Shown: positions 1 through 7,952, counted from the first letter of the stretch. The stretch is 28,645 nucleotides of DNA from Armatimonadota bacterium (GCA_030612305.1 JAUWOG010000001.1:1-28645), one strand, 5' to 3'. A program made the numbers and translations. Notes: generated by a model from the sequence alone, not told the origin.

Positions 1-105
1 GGCCCGGTGGTCGCGCTGCAAAGCAGCGAACTCCCGATGGGCGGCGTCCTGTTTGCGCTGACGAACATCGAGCGCAGTCTGGAGAGGAAAGTCGAATGCT
101 TTCAT
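1..105 (-). CDS. fliJ: Flagellar export chaperone FliJ, 5' part (runs off the left edge)
   Basis: ATG at 105 reads MKAFDFPLQTALDVRQRKQDAAHREFAALQRDHRA, matching the FliJ N-terminal pattern M-x-x-F-x-F-x-L-Q-x-x-L-x-x-R ... A-x-x-E-[FL]-A. It is preceded by sigma28- and sigma54-type promoters. Not in the supplied ORF track because it is truncated. Confidence 0.8.
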   Translation of the reverse strand, partial: MKAFDFPLQTALDVRQRKQDAAHREFAALQRDHRA

Positions 106-166
106 GATTCGCCTTGGGAGACGCGCCACAAGTGACGGCCACATAGGTATTGCCGTTGTGGAGGAT

Positions 167-194
167 TTATCGGCATGACGCGCCTGTTGCTTGA
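167..194 (-). promoter_or_regulatory. sigma28 (FliA/SigD)-type promoter upstream of fliJ
   Basis: Minus strand reads TCAAG (194-190), a 15-nt spacer, then GCCGATAA (174-167). The -10 element is a perfect match, and the geometry is identical to the site upstream of cheY. Confidence 0.8.
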
Positions 195-200
195 GTAGGC

Positions 201-216
201 TGCAAAAATGGTGCCA
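201..216 (-). promoter_or_regulatory. sigma54 -24/-12 promoter upstream of fliJ
   Basis: Minus strand TGGCAC-CATTT-TTGCA is an exact match to TGGCAC-N5-TTGCW. Confidence 0.85.
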
Positions 217-252
217 AGATGGTGGGGATTTGTGGGGGAGGGCGAGGGGGGA

Positions 253-2775
253 CTAAGGGGTCTTGACGGTGACCGGGGAGGATATGTCGAGCCAGGTGAG
301 TTCGAGGTCGCCGACCTTGATTGCGCCGGCGTCCTGGGACCAGGTAATCGGCTGCTCCTCATCCTCAGGCAGGAGCGCCTGATAGACGGCTGCGAAGGCC
401 GTGCTCTGCGCGCGGCGGCGAACAATCGTGGCGTCTATCGTCTCCGTCGGCATCCAGCCGAGGCCCTTTGCGGCGAAAACCTGCGTCTGCGGGCCGCCGG
501 ACATCCACAGCTTCAGCCGCTGCTTCTCCGTCTGCCAGGTCATCTCCCAGGGCTCGTCAGTCTCGGCCATGCTCGCGTCCGTGTGCTCCGTGTAGCCATT
601 TCGCCAGCCCTTGCCGAGCTGGTCAGTCGCGGCCAGCGGAAGAGCTGTGGTCCTCTCCCCTATCGCGTGGAAAAGCCAATCCCAGGTGTGCTCGGCGTCG
701 GCCTCGACCTGGTAGAGGTCAATGACCGTCTTGCCGTCGGCGGAGAGGACGAAAGTGCGGCGGAAACGGATGTCGCCCTCGGTGTCGGTGATGGACGCGA
801 GCTTCACCGGGCCGTCCTCGAAGACGATGAGCTCGCCGGGCCGGGGGTAGCGCTTCGACGGCGCAGGAGCGGCGCTGTTGCTGTCCACGACGATGGTGTT
901 ATGCGACGAAACGTTCTTGTAGTAGGTCCAGTAGCCCTTCATGTTGTAGTCGGGGGTGTCGAGGTCGGGGATGAGGTACTCGCCATTGGCGAACATGAGG
1001 AAGGAGAGCCCGTCGGGATGGCCGTGGGCACCGAAGTGCTTGTGGAAGACGGCCATGAGATACGTCTGGTCGGCGAAGCGCTCGGCCTCGGAGCGGAGGA
1101 TCGCCCAGCCGGTGTCGCGGAGTGCGATGGAAGGCTGAGCCGAGGCGTTATCCTCGTAGATGGCGAAGATGTCGTCACCGTAGATTTCGTGGGCCTTGCG
1201 GAGCTTGGCCGTAACGCTGATACCCTTCTCGCGGGCGCGGTTGTCACCGATGGCCGGCACGCGCAGGTCCGGCATGGCGGTCTTCGCATAGGACTCCAGG
1301 ATCGTCTTCATGGACTTGTTGCCGAAGTCGTGGTTCCACAGATCAATGCCCAGGTCGCGCCTGGTCATGTCGGCGAGCACGATGAAATAGTTGAAGACGA
1401 AGTCCTGGTAGCCGAAGGTCTTCTCGTTCCAGATACCGTCGGCGTTGAAGAGGTCGTGGATATAGCGGCCCATTATGCCATTGAGCGCGTCGTCCACCAT
1501 CTCCTTGCGGCCGATGGTCATGCCGAAGCGGTAAGTTTCGTAAGCGCCCCTGCCGCCATAGTTGGAGACGCCCTCCTTGCGCCTGGGTGGCGTGCGGGGT
1601 TCCAGATAGCGGTCAACAATCGAGGTGCGCCGGTCGGCGTTCCAGCCGGGCCAGTCCCAGATGAGGTCGAGGGCATTGATGAACTGGCGATGGATCGTGC
1701 CGCCGTTCCACATCGCGTCAGAGAAATCGCCGTAGCTAATCGGGCGGATCTTGTCGTAGTAGCTGTCGGCGAAGAACTCGAGGGCGGCGGCGGCCTGCGC
1801 AGCGTACTTGTCCTCGGCGGTGTAGGCCCAGGCGTAGGCACAGGCGCGCAAGTCGCTCCCCATCCGCGCCGAAGCAGTCATCACCCAGCCATTGTCATAT
1901 ACCGCGCCCTCGTAGTTCTTGTCGCATTTGGCGCAGTAATGCCACTTGGGCCTCTCCGCGTCAAATGTCAGCGCGATGATGTGAATCGGGCAATTAGTGT
2001 GGGTCGTCTTGTTGGGATTCCCGTAGGGCAGAGAGAGCTCTTTGCCCTCCCAGCGCTGGATGAAAGCGTCCGCCTGGTCAATGTACTCCTGCGCCGCAGC
2101 AGTCGGCTTCTCGGCACATGCCTTGCGGGCATTCTCGAGACCCTCGGGGCCGCCAAGATCGAGGAAGGGATGCTGCACCTGGGGCATCTCGAACTCGATA
2201 GGAATAGGAACGGGCGGGCCCTGGTCCGGCTTCGGGAGAAGCTCGGCAAGGTGGCGGGCCTTCGGGGCCTCGAGGACGGCGATGTTGTCCAGATAGCCGC
2301 TGCGCGAGGGCGTCGGAGGGTCTTCGCGGACGTAGAGGTATATCTTTAGGGCCTGGATTTGCGTGCCGGCCTTCAGCTTGTCGAAGTGCATCGAGCGGCG
2401 CGGACCGATGAGGCGAGCATAGGTGGCCGCCCAGCCCGACCTCGTCGCCTGGACCGAGGCGTACCACCTCCCGTCAGTGTCCTGGACGGCGAGGTAGTAC
2501 GCGCCCAGGTCCTTTGCGGCGCAGGTGATGTAGGTGTCTTCGGTGACCGTGAACTCGACGGGGCGCTGAATGGCACCCGTCGGAGTACCGTTGAGCTTCA
2601 GAGCCTGCCTGCCGTCGAAGACCGGCTCAGTGACGATCTCGGCGGTGCCCTCGATGGCCTGCCACACTCCGAGGCCATCCTCGAAGGTATCGAGCAGGAT
2701 GAGTTGCTGGGTAGTGGCGACCACAGGCAGCATCCAGCAGGCAATAAGCAGCAGCAGTGCGCGTGGCTTGTGCAA
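253..2775 (-). CDS. Secreted heparinase II/III-like polysaccharide lyase (N-terminal beta-sandwich, alpha-toroid and Hepar_II_III-like C-terminal region)
   Basis: 840 aa with a TTG start and a hydrophobic signal peptide (MHKPRALLLLIACWMLPVVA). Motifs HGHPDGLSF, PDLDTPDY and SSHNTIVVD are typical of heparinase II/III and oligo-alginate-lyase C-terminal domains. A CPIH...CAKC motif is also present. Confidence 0.8.
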   Translation of the reverse strand: MHKPRALLLLIACWMLPVVATTQQLILLDTFEDGLGVWQAIEGTAEIVTEPVFDGRQALKLNGTPTGAIQRPVEFTVTEDTYITCAAKDLGAYYLAVQDTDGRWYASVQATRSGWAATYARLIGPRRSMHFDKLKAGTQIQALKIYLYVREDPPTPSRSGYLDNIAVLEAPKARHLAELLPKPDQGPPVPIPIEFEMPQVQHPFLDLGGPEGLENARKACAEKPTAAAQEYIDQADAFIQRWEGKELSLPYGNPNKTTHTNCPIHIIALTFDAERPKWHYCAKCDKNYEGAVYDNGWVMTASARMGSDLRACAYAWAYTAEDKYAAQAAAALEFFADSYYDKIRPISYGDFSDAMWNGGTIHRQFINALDLIWDWPGWNADRRTSIVDRYLEPRTPPRRKEGVSNYGGRGAYETYRFGMTIGRKEMVDDALNGIMGRYIHDLFNADGIWNEKTFGYQDFVFNYFIVLADMTRRDLGIDLWNHDFGNKSMKTILESYAKTAMPDLRVPAIGDNRAREKGISVTAKLRKAHEIYGDDIFAIYEDNASAQPSIALRDTGWAILRSEAERFADQTYLMAVFHKHFGAHGHPDGLSFLMFANGEYLIPDLDTPDYNMKGYWTYYKNVSSHNTIVVDSNSAAPAPSKRYPRPGELIVFEDGPVKLASITDTEGDIRFRRTFVLSADGKTVIDLYQVEADAEHTWDWLFHAIGERTTALPLAATDQLGKGWRNGYTEHTDASMAETDEPWEMTWQTEKQRLKLWMSGGPQTQVFAAKGLGWMPTETIDATIVRRRAQSTAFAAVYQALLPEDEEQPITWSQDAGAIKVGDLELTWLDISSPVTVKTP

Positions 2776-2838
2776 GAGACCTCGCCCCTATCGGACTCGT
2801 GGTATGGGAGTATTCTGCGCAGATGCAGGAAGGGCCTG

Positions 2839-3085
2839 CGCGAAAGGCAAAGGCGAAAGGCAAAGGCAAAAGGCGAGAAGGGTAAGGTAAACGGCAAACG
2901 GCGAAAGGCAAAAAGGGTAAGGTAAACGGCAAAGGCAAAGGCAACACCGTGGGGCTCTGCCCCACTCCCCGCTGGGGTCAGAATCCCCAGACCCCCCGCT
3001 TCGCTACGCGAAGCGCAAAGAAAGGCAAAGGCGGAAGCGAGAAGAGTAAGCTAAACGGCAAAGGCGAAAGGCAAAGGCGAACGGC
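2839..3085. repeat. REP/MITE-like element: triple-hairpin core flanked by purine-rich AAGGC(A/G)A tracts
   Basis: Hairpins: TGGGGC-TCT-GCCCCA (2950-2964), CTGGGG-N7-CCCCAG (2972-2990), GCTTCGC-TAC-GCGAAGC (2998-3014). The 21-mer AAGGGTAAGGTAAACGGCAAA occurs at 2878 and 2913, with a 2-mismatch copy at 3042. Confidence 0.75.
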
Positions 3086-3139
3086 ACGGCAGGTCGAGTT
3101 CGGCGGGGCGGGGAATATCACCGGCAAGGAGGGATACCA

Positions 3140-4378
3140 ATGAGCTTTGATGAGGTGAAAGCCGGACTGCTCGAGGAAATCACGGAGTTCGAGATAATTG
3201 ACTGCCACGAACATCTGGGGCCCGAAAGCTCCCGTACAAGTACGGAAGTGAGCGCGCTGAATCTCTTCGGCCACTACACGCACCTGGACCTGAATACCGC
3301 CGGCATGAGTGAAGCCGACTACGGAAAGCTGCATGACAGCGACTACCCGCTCGAGTATCGCTGGGGTCTCTTCCGGCCATACCTGGATGAGGTCCGGTTC
3401 GGGTCTTATGCGCGGGCCGCGTTCATTGCGGCGAAGGAACTCTACGGCTTCGATGACATCAGCGACGAGACCTACCAGGAGCTCTCAGCGGCGATGCAGG
3501 AGGCCAATACGCCCGGGATCTATGAGCGTATCCTGCGGGACAAATGCAAGATCCGCTGCAGCCTGACGCAGTGTGGCAGCACCGACCTCGACAGCGAAAT
3601 CCTCATTCCGCTGATGCCGACGACCAACTATTGCAGCATCACAGCCTGGGAGCAAGTGGTCGAGCGGGCGAGGAATCTCGGCCGCAGCGTCAGTACGCTC
3701 GATGAATATGTGGCGCTGATGGATGCCGGGCTGGCGAAGTGGTGCGCCGAGGGAGCAGTCGGCGTCAAGAGCCGCTGTAACCCCTACCCGGATGGCGACC
3801 GGCAGCAGGCAGTCGAGGCGTTCGAGGCGCTGCGGACCGGAACAGTCGCCACCATCCCCGAGTTACACCCGCTGAATACCTGGCTGATGGAGCGGCTCTT
3901 CGAGTTGGCCCCGAAGCACGATATGGTCGTCGCAGTTCATGCCGGCATGTGGGGCAACTTCACGCTGCTCGATGTCAAGCACATGATCCCGTTCTTCATG
4001 CGCCATCCGGAGACCACCTTCGACCTGTACCACCTGAGCTTCCCGTCCGTGCACGACGCGGTCATCGCCGGCAAGAACTTCGCGAACGTCTATACGAACC
4101 TGTGCTGGACGCATATCATGTCGCCGACGATGACGCGGCAGGGGATGCGGGAACTGCTGGACTTCGTGCCCGTCAATAAGGTCTTCGCGTTCGGGGCCGA
4201 CTACGGCTCGCAGGCAGTGGACAAGGTCATCGGGCACCTGCGGATGGCGCAGGACAATATCGCCCACGTGCTGGCCGAGCGCGTCACCGATGGCCTGATG
4301 ACTTCGGCGCAGGCGGTCGAGATCGCGCACAAGTGGTTCTGGGATAATCCGGTGAAGGCCTATGGGTTGGAGGTGTAG
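3140..4378 (+). CDS. Amidohydrolase family protein (TIM-barrel metallo-hydrolase, Amidohydro_2/uronate-isomerase-like)
   Basis: 412 aa with an N-terminal D-C-H-E-H metal motif, later VHAG, LYHL and FGADY motifs, and an RBS-like GGAGGG before the ATG. Confidence 0.85.
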   Translation: MSFDEVKAGLLEEITEFEIIDCHEHLGPESSRTSTEVSALNLFGHYTHLDLNTAGMSEADYGKLHDSDYPLEYRWGLFRPYLDEVRFGSYARAAFIAAKELYGFDDISDETYQELSAAMQEANTPGIYERILRDKCKIRCSLTQCGSTDLDSEILIPLMPTTNYCSITAWEQVVERARNLGRSVSTLDEYVALMDAGLAKWCAEGAVGVKSRCNPYPDGDRQQAVEAFEALRTGTVATIPELHPLNTWLMERLFELAPKHDMVVAVHAGMWGNFTLLDVKHMIPFFMRHPETTFDLYHLSFPSVHDAVIAGKNFANVYTNLCWTHIMSPTMTRQGMRELLDFVPVNKVFAFGADYGSQAVDKVIGHLRMAQDNIAHVLAERVTDGLMTSAQAVEIAHKWFWDNPVKAYGLEV

Positions 4379-4485
4379 GAGGAGGCTGAGCGGGGGCGGC
4401 GGATGGAGGGGCCGTGCATAACACAGGGCCGCCTGGTGGCCCGGCGGGAATTCGTAGTTCTTTCTGTTCGCGTGCTTTGCTGCGT

Positions 4486-4977
4486 CTATCTATCAGCTTT
4501 CTCGACGGCCCTCTCAATCCAACGTCCGAGGTTTGCGTAGCCGTCGTCGCTGAGGTAGTCGTAGGTGTCGTATAGCGCGGACAGAGGGCGATTGAGGCCA
4601 GGTGCCGGGACTTTGATCTGCTCCAGCGGGTCTGGACCCTTTCTGCCGATTCTGCCCTGCTTGTTTCCGAGATTATGGATGTGAACGCCCACAAGGCCTT
4701 TGCCGTCGCTGTAGCTTTTCTCAATTTCGTACTTGACCCATTTTCTTTCCCATGTATGCGCGCCGATCAGGACTACGGTCACAGAAGTGCCCTTGAGCCC
4801 GGCATCAATCATCCTTCGCACCGCTCCGTCGCCCCTCGTCTGGGTCTCTTCCCAAAGAGACTGGTCGCAAAACCCCGCAGCCTCCCGGTCTTGCGTTACC
4901 CAACTTAGCCTAACTTGATTCGCACGCCAAATGTCGTCTGTCTCGTAGTGAAAGCTGAAAAACACTCTTCGCACCAT
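4486..4977 (-). CDS. TIR-domain protein, ThsB/DUF1863 (MTH538)-like
   Basis: Starts RRVFFSFHY, then SLWEE, GTSVTVVLIG and WVKYEI (the position of the catalytic Glu in ThsB-type TIRs). RBS AAGGAGG precedes the ATG. Confidence 0.9.
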   Translation of the reverse strand: MVRRVFFSFHYETDDIWRANQVRLSWVTQDREAAGFCDQSLWEETQTRGDGAVRRMIDAGLKGTSVTVVLIGAHTWERKWVKYEIEKSYSDGKGLVGVHIHNLGNKQGRIGRKGPDPLEQIKVPAPGLNRPLSALYDTYDYLSDDGYANLGRWIERAVEKADR

Positions 4978-5066
4978 CAGAAACCCTCCTTGTCACTGTG
5001 CGTTTGCCGCGACCCATTCGTGACCGTGTCACACTACTCCTCGAACTCAGCTTGACCAACTTACTT

Positions 5067-5096
5067 ATTCTATAATGCCGTCTCGTTAGGTGTCAA
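5067..5096 (-). promoter_or_regulatory. sigma70-type promoter for the TIR gene
   Basis: Minus strand TTGACA (5096-5091), 18-nt spacer, TAGAAT (5072-5067), about 90 nt upstream of the TIR start codon. Confidence 0.6.
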
Positions 5097-5117
5097 GATG
5101 ATTGTGAAAAACTCTCA

Positions 5118-5549
5118 TCAGTTTACCAGAAGCGCCACCGTGTAGATAGACAATAGCAGCAATAGCGAGCCATAGAAGAGGCCCAATGTGATCGTGAACA
5201 TGACGTCGCAAACGGACGGAACCTGGTCCTGGAACCTGTGGGCATTCATGTCGAAGAGGTGCTCGTCGGTCTGCAGCCTGTTCTCTACTATCCATTCGTA
5301 CAGCTTCCTGTACATTCGTTCCTGTCTGAGGAAATAGGCGTCCAGAATCCAGAAGACAACCAGCGGCAGGTAGGCAATAAATACCTGTGTTGCTTCCCCT
5401 TTCAAGAGCAGCGTGGCTACAATCAGCGTCACGGTCCAGCCCTTTATCAGGAAGGAATTCGAAGCCATGCGCTTGATTATGGACTGCACGATGCGCACTT
5501 CTTCGAGCATGAACTCCTTGAGGGTGTCATGGTCAAGGTCCATCTTCAT
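5118..5549 (-). CDS. Small 3-TM membrane protein, candidate TIR-associated effector
   Basis: 143 aa with three hydrophobic segments (about aa 33-49, 56-74 and 116-142). The pattern RMASNSFLIKGW ... FWILDAYFLRQERMYRKLY is one I recall from uncharacterised proteins encoded beside DUF1863 TIR genes (not verified). Confidence 0.75.
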   Translation of the reverse strand: MKMDLDHDTLKEFMLEEVRIVQSIIKRMASNSFLIKGWTVTLIVATLLLKGEATQVFIAYLPLVVFWILDAYFLRQERMYRKLYEWIVENRLQTDEHLFDMNAHRFQDQVPSVCDVMFTITLGLFYGSLLLLLSIYTVALLVN

Positions 5550-5701
5550 CGCCCTACTATCCTGAAGTTGCCCACTGGGGTTGCCTGGGCCAACTTCTCA
5601 TTGTGGACAAGCCGATAGATTGCCGCAGAACAGACACTGTCATAGTTCGCAATCCGGAGGGGATAATCCTGCCTCTACCCTATGCTCTTCTTTGCCTGGG
5701 T

Positions 5702-6535
5702 TCACTCCCGGTGCTCGGTGGTGAGTTGGGGAGGGGATGCGGTGAAGAGGTCGCCCTGAAGTGGGAGGACCTTGTCGCTGATGAGGGGCGCGAAGTCGGC
5801 GTTGAGCTCGTAGCCGACCGAGTCGCGGCCCTCCAGCGCGGCGGCCAGAGAGGTCGTGCCGCTGCCGAGGAATGGGTCGAGGACCGTCTCGCCGAAGAAG
5901 CTGTACATCTTGATGAGGCGGCGCGGTAGCTCCACCGGGAACATCGCGACGTGGCTCCGCTGGCGCTCCGGGGCGATGTCATCCCAGATGCCCCGGAACC
6001 ATTTGCTGCGCTGCTCCTTGGTGAGGCGGCTCTGCTCTTTGGCCTCCAGAGAAGGCTGGGGCCACTTGCCCGGCTTGCGGAACAGCAGGATGTACTCGTG
6101 CTCGTAGGTGACATGCCCGTCGCGCGGGTAGTATATCGAGCCCATGAGTTGGCCGCCGCCGGTGGTGTTGGTGGTCGAGACCTTGCGCCAGATGATGTTG
6201 CCCATGAAGTCGAAATCGAGGCGGCGGCAGAGGATTATCAGGTCGGCGGGGATCGGCTGGACCCGGTAGCGGCCATGCTCGGAGGCGCGGAGGTACTGGT
6301 CGCCGATGTTGACGGCGAAGCGGCAGCCCTCATGCAGCACGCGGAAGGTCTCGGCGAAGACCTCGCCGAGCGCGGCGAGGTATTCGTCGTAGGACTGCTC
6401 GAAGCCGATCTGGCCCGGGTGCGCGTAGTCCTTGAGGCACCAGTACGGCGGCGAGGTGACCGCGAAATGGATGGAGGCATCGAGCAACTCCGGCATCGTT
6501 CGCGCGTCGGCGAAGATGATTCTGTGGCTCGTCAT
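5702..6535 (-). CDS. Site-specific DNA methyltransferase, beta class (N4-C or N6-A), apparently orphan
   Basis: The catalytic motif TSPPY near the N-terminus precedes the SAM-binding motif VLDPFLGSGTT near the C-terminus, which is the beta-class order. HVAMFP motif also present. Confidence 0.9.
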   Translation of the reverse strand: MTSHRIIFADARTMPELLDASIHFAVTSPPYWCLKDYAHPGQIGFEQSYDEYLAALGEVFAETFRVLHEGCRFAVNIGDQYLRASEHGRYRVQPIPADLIILCRRLDFDFMGNIIWRKVSTTNTTGGGQLMGSIYYPRDGHVTYEHEYILLFRKPGKWPQPSLEAKEQSRLTKEQRSKWFRGIWDDIAPERQRSHVAMFPVELPRRLIKMYSFFGETVLDPFLGSGTTSLAAALEGRDSVGYELNADFAPLISDKVLPLQGDLFTASPPQLTTEHRE

Positions 6536-6537
6536 TG

Positions 6538-7281
6538 CTAGTCGCCGGCGATCTCGCAGGTCACACTGACGCGGGCGGTTATCTGCACCAGGCCGGCCTC
6601 TATCGCGGTTGTAGCGCCGCCACCCGCACCAGACCCGGCGACATTCATCATCTGCATCTGCCTGCGTGGCGCGTATTGGCCGACATCCTGGACACTGACG
6701 TTGGTGAAGCCGACGAGACGGAGGTCGAGCGTCGCCGCGAGCGCATGGGCCTTGCGGCGGGCATCTTTTGCGGCCGCCAGCATCGCCTCCTCCTTGTACT
6801 TGGCCTGGTCCTTGACGAAGATCTCGAGGCCGCCGACCTCATTGGCACCATTCTGGACGGCGGTGTCAATGATAGTCGCCGCGCGCCTGCTGAGCTCCTC
6901 CGGCGGGGCATTCGTGACGCGGATGGTGAGCTCGTTCTTGACCTGGTAGCCGATGATCTTGGGCGGGATGAGGTCGCGGGAGTTTTTGTCCTCGACGATG
7001 GTGGAGACATCGAAGCCGACGCTCTTCATCGTCATGTCCTCGTACTTGAGCGCCGCGATCGCTTTGAGGACGCGGTCGAAGGTCTCCGCGTTGTTCTGGC
7101 GGGCAGCGGACAACTCCGAGGAGATGCTCCGCACGCCGACATGGACGCGCACATTGTCGGGCTTCACGTAGATCGTCGCCTCGCCGCTGATATGGAGCAG
7201 GTTCGGCGGCTGGTCCGCGGCTCCACACATCGTTGCCGCGATGAGTAACAGCACCGTCACGGGGATGAGATATCTGGTCAT
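6538..7281 (-). CDS. SIMPL/DUF541 (YggE-like) exported protein
   Basis: Start re-called at ATG 7281 (RBS GAGGAGG, signal peptide MTRYLIPVTVLLLIAA). Motifs ISGEATIYVKPD, GYQVKNELTIRV and AAKDARRKAHALA are SIMPL hallmarks. Confidence 0.88.
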   Translation of the reverse strand: MTRYLIPVTVLLLIAATMCGAADQPPNLLHISGEATIYVKPDNVRVHVGVRSISSELSAARQNNAETFDRVLKAIAALKYEDMTMKSVGFDVSTIVEDKNSRDLIPPKIIGYQVKNELTIRVTNAPPEELSRRAATIIDTAVQNGANEVGGLEIFVKDQAKYKEEAMLAAAKDARRKAHALAATLDLRLVGFTNVSVQDVGQYAPRRQMQMMNVAGSGAGGGATTAIEAGLVQITARVSVTCEIAGD

Positions 7282-7327
7282 CTTGCTGGCCTCCTCTGTC
7301 TGGTTTCGGACGGCTGATGGCGCGGAG

Positions 7328-7660
7328 CTATAGTTGCAGGGCCCACCGGAGCATCCTCTCGACTTCGGCCATGTCGAGGTCGCTGAGGCGTCCGGGGCTG
7401 CGGAGTACATTCGCGCGAGTGGTGGTGAAGGGCTTGGGCCGGACGGTGCTCGGTTTCAGCAGATGCGCGGCTTCCCAATCGCGCAAGGCCACCTCGTTGT
7501 CATTCCGAGGCGGGTCGTTCACGATCCCGGCGACGATGATATCGTTGTCCCTCTTGTGGTATTGTGAGGCGCTGATGACTACGCCGAGGCGGATCTCTGC
7601 GCCGGTCCCATTTGTGGAGGGCATGGACACGACGACGACGTCACCCCTCCTCAACGCCAT
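7328..7660 (-). CDS. Type II toxin, PemK/MazF family
   Basis: Start re-called at MALRRGDVVVV (RBS GGAGGG). EIRLGVVIS corresponds to the K-x-R-P-x-x-V motif, followed by LLKPSTVR and GRLS...VERML. Confidence 0.85.
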   Translation of the reverse strand: MALRRGDVVVVSMPSTNGTGAEIRLGVVISASQYHKRDNDIIVAGIVNDPPRNDNEVALRDWEAAHLLKPSTVRPKPFTTTRANVLRSPGRLSDLDMAEVERMLRWALQL

Positions 7661-7952
7661 AGATTTCCCTCCAGTTCTCATAGATCGCGTCTTCCTCGTC
7701 GTCCCATATCTCACTGGCCGCGGCGCCAGTCAGCCGCTGGAAGTCCTCGAGTTCATCGTCGTCCGCTTCGGGCGGTCGCGGCGCGTCGCCACCAGCCTTG
7801 ATCCAGTTGAGAAGCTGCGAGCGCGAGAAGCGCCACTGTCTCCCGACCTTCGCGGCCGGAAGCTGCCTCGCGCGAGCCTTGCGCAGTATCGTCTGGACCC
7901 CGACGCTGAGCAGTTCGGCCGCTTCGTTGGCTGTCAGAACGTCCTTAGGCAT
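7641..7952 (-). CDS. Probable antitoxin: N-terminal Xis/HTH_17-type winged HTH fused to an acidic C-terminal peptide
   Basis: VLTANEAAELL...TILRKARARQLPAAKVGRQWRFSRSQL is an excisionase-type HTH. The C-terminal SEIWDDEEDAIYENW is acidic, and the gene overlaps the toxin start by 20 nt. Confidence 0.75.
   Translation of the reverse strand: MPKDVLTANEAAELLSVGVQTILRKARARQLPAAKVGRQWRFSRSQLLNWIKAGGDAPRPPEADDDELEDFQRLTGAAASEIWDDEEDAIYENWREIYGVEEG

Noticed and set aside
1-135. Open plus-strand frame 1 ending at TGA 135, read as the 3' end of a gene
   Set aside because: The antisense frame gives a convincing FliJ N-terminus with matching promoters; the plus frame has no recognisable motif.
208-2349. 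713-aa plus-strand ORF
   Set aside because: Antisense shadow of the lyase gene, which is common in high-GC DNA. It has no motifs. The same applies to 7798-8934 and most other overlapping ORFs in the track.
4425-4445. GGGCCGC-CTG-GTGGCCC stem as an intrinsic terminator between convergent genes
   Set aside because: Short stem with a wobble pair and no adjacent U-tract on either strand; too weak to call.
5052-5076. Plus-strand TTGACC...TATAAT promoter
   Set aside because: The spacer is only 13 nt and there is no plus-strand gene downstream.
5702-6535. Complete restriction-modification system
   Set aside because: No endonuclease ORF is adjacent; the flanking genes are SIMPL and the 3-TM protein.
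7641-7952. Prophage/ICE excisionase marking an integrated element
   Set aside because: No integrase, att repeat or tRNA in the window. The overlap with the toxin and the acidic tail favour an antitoxin.
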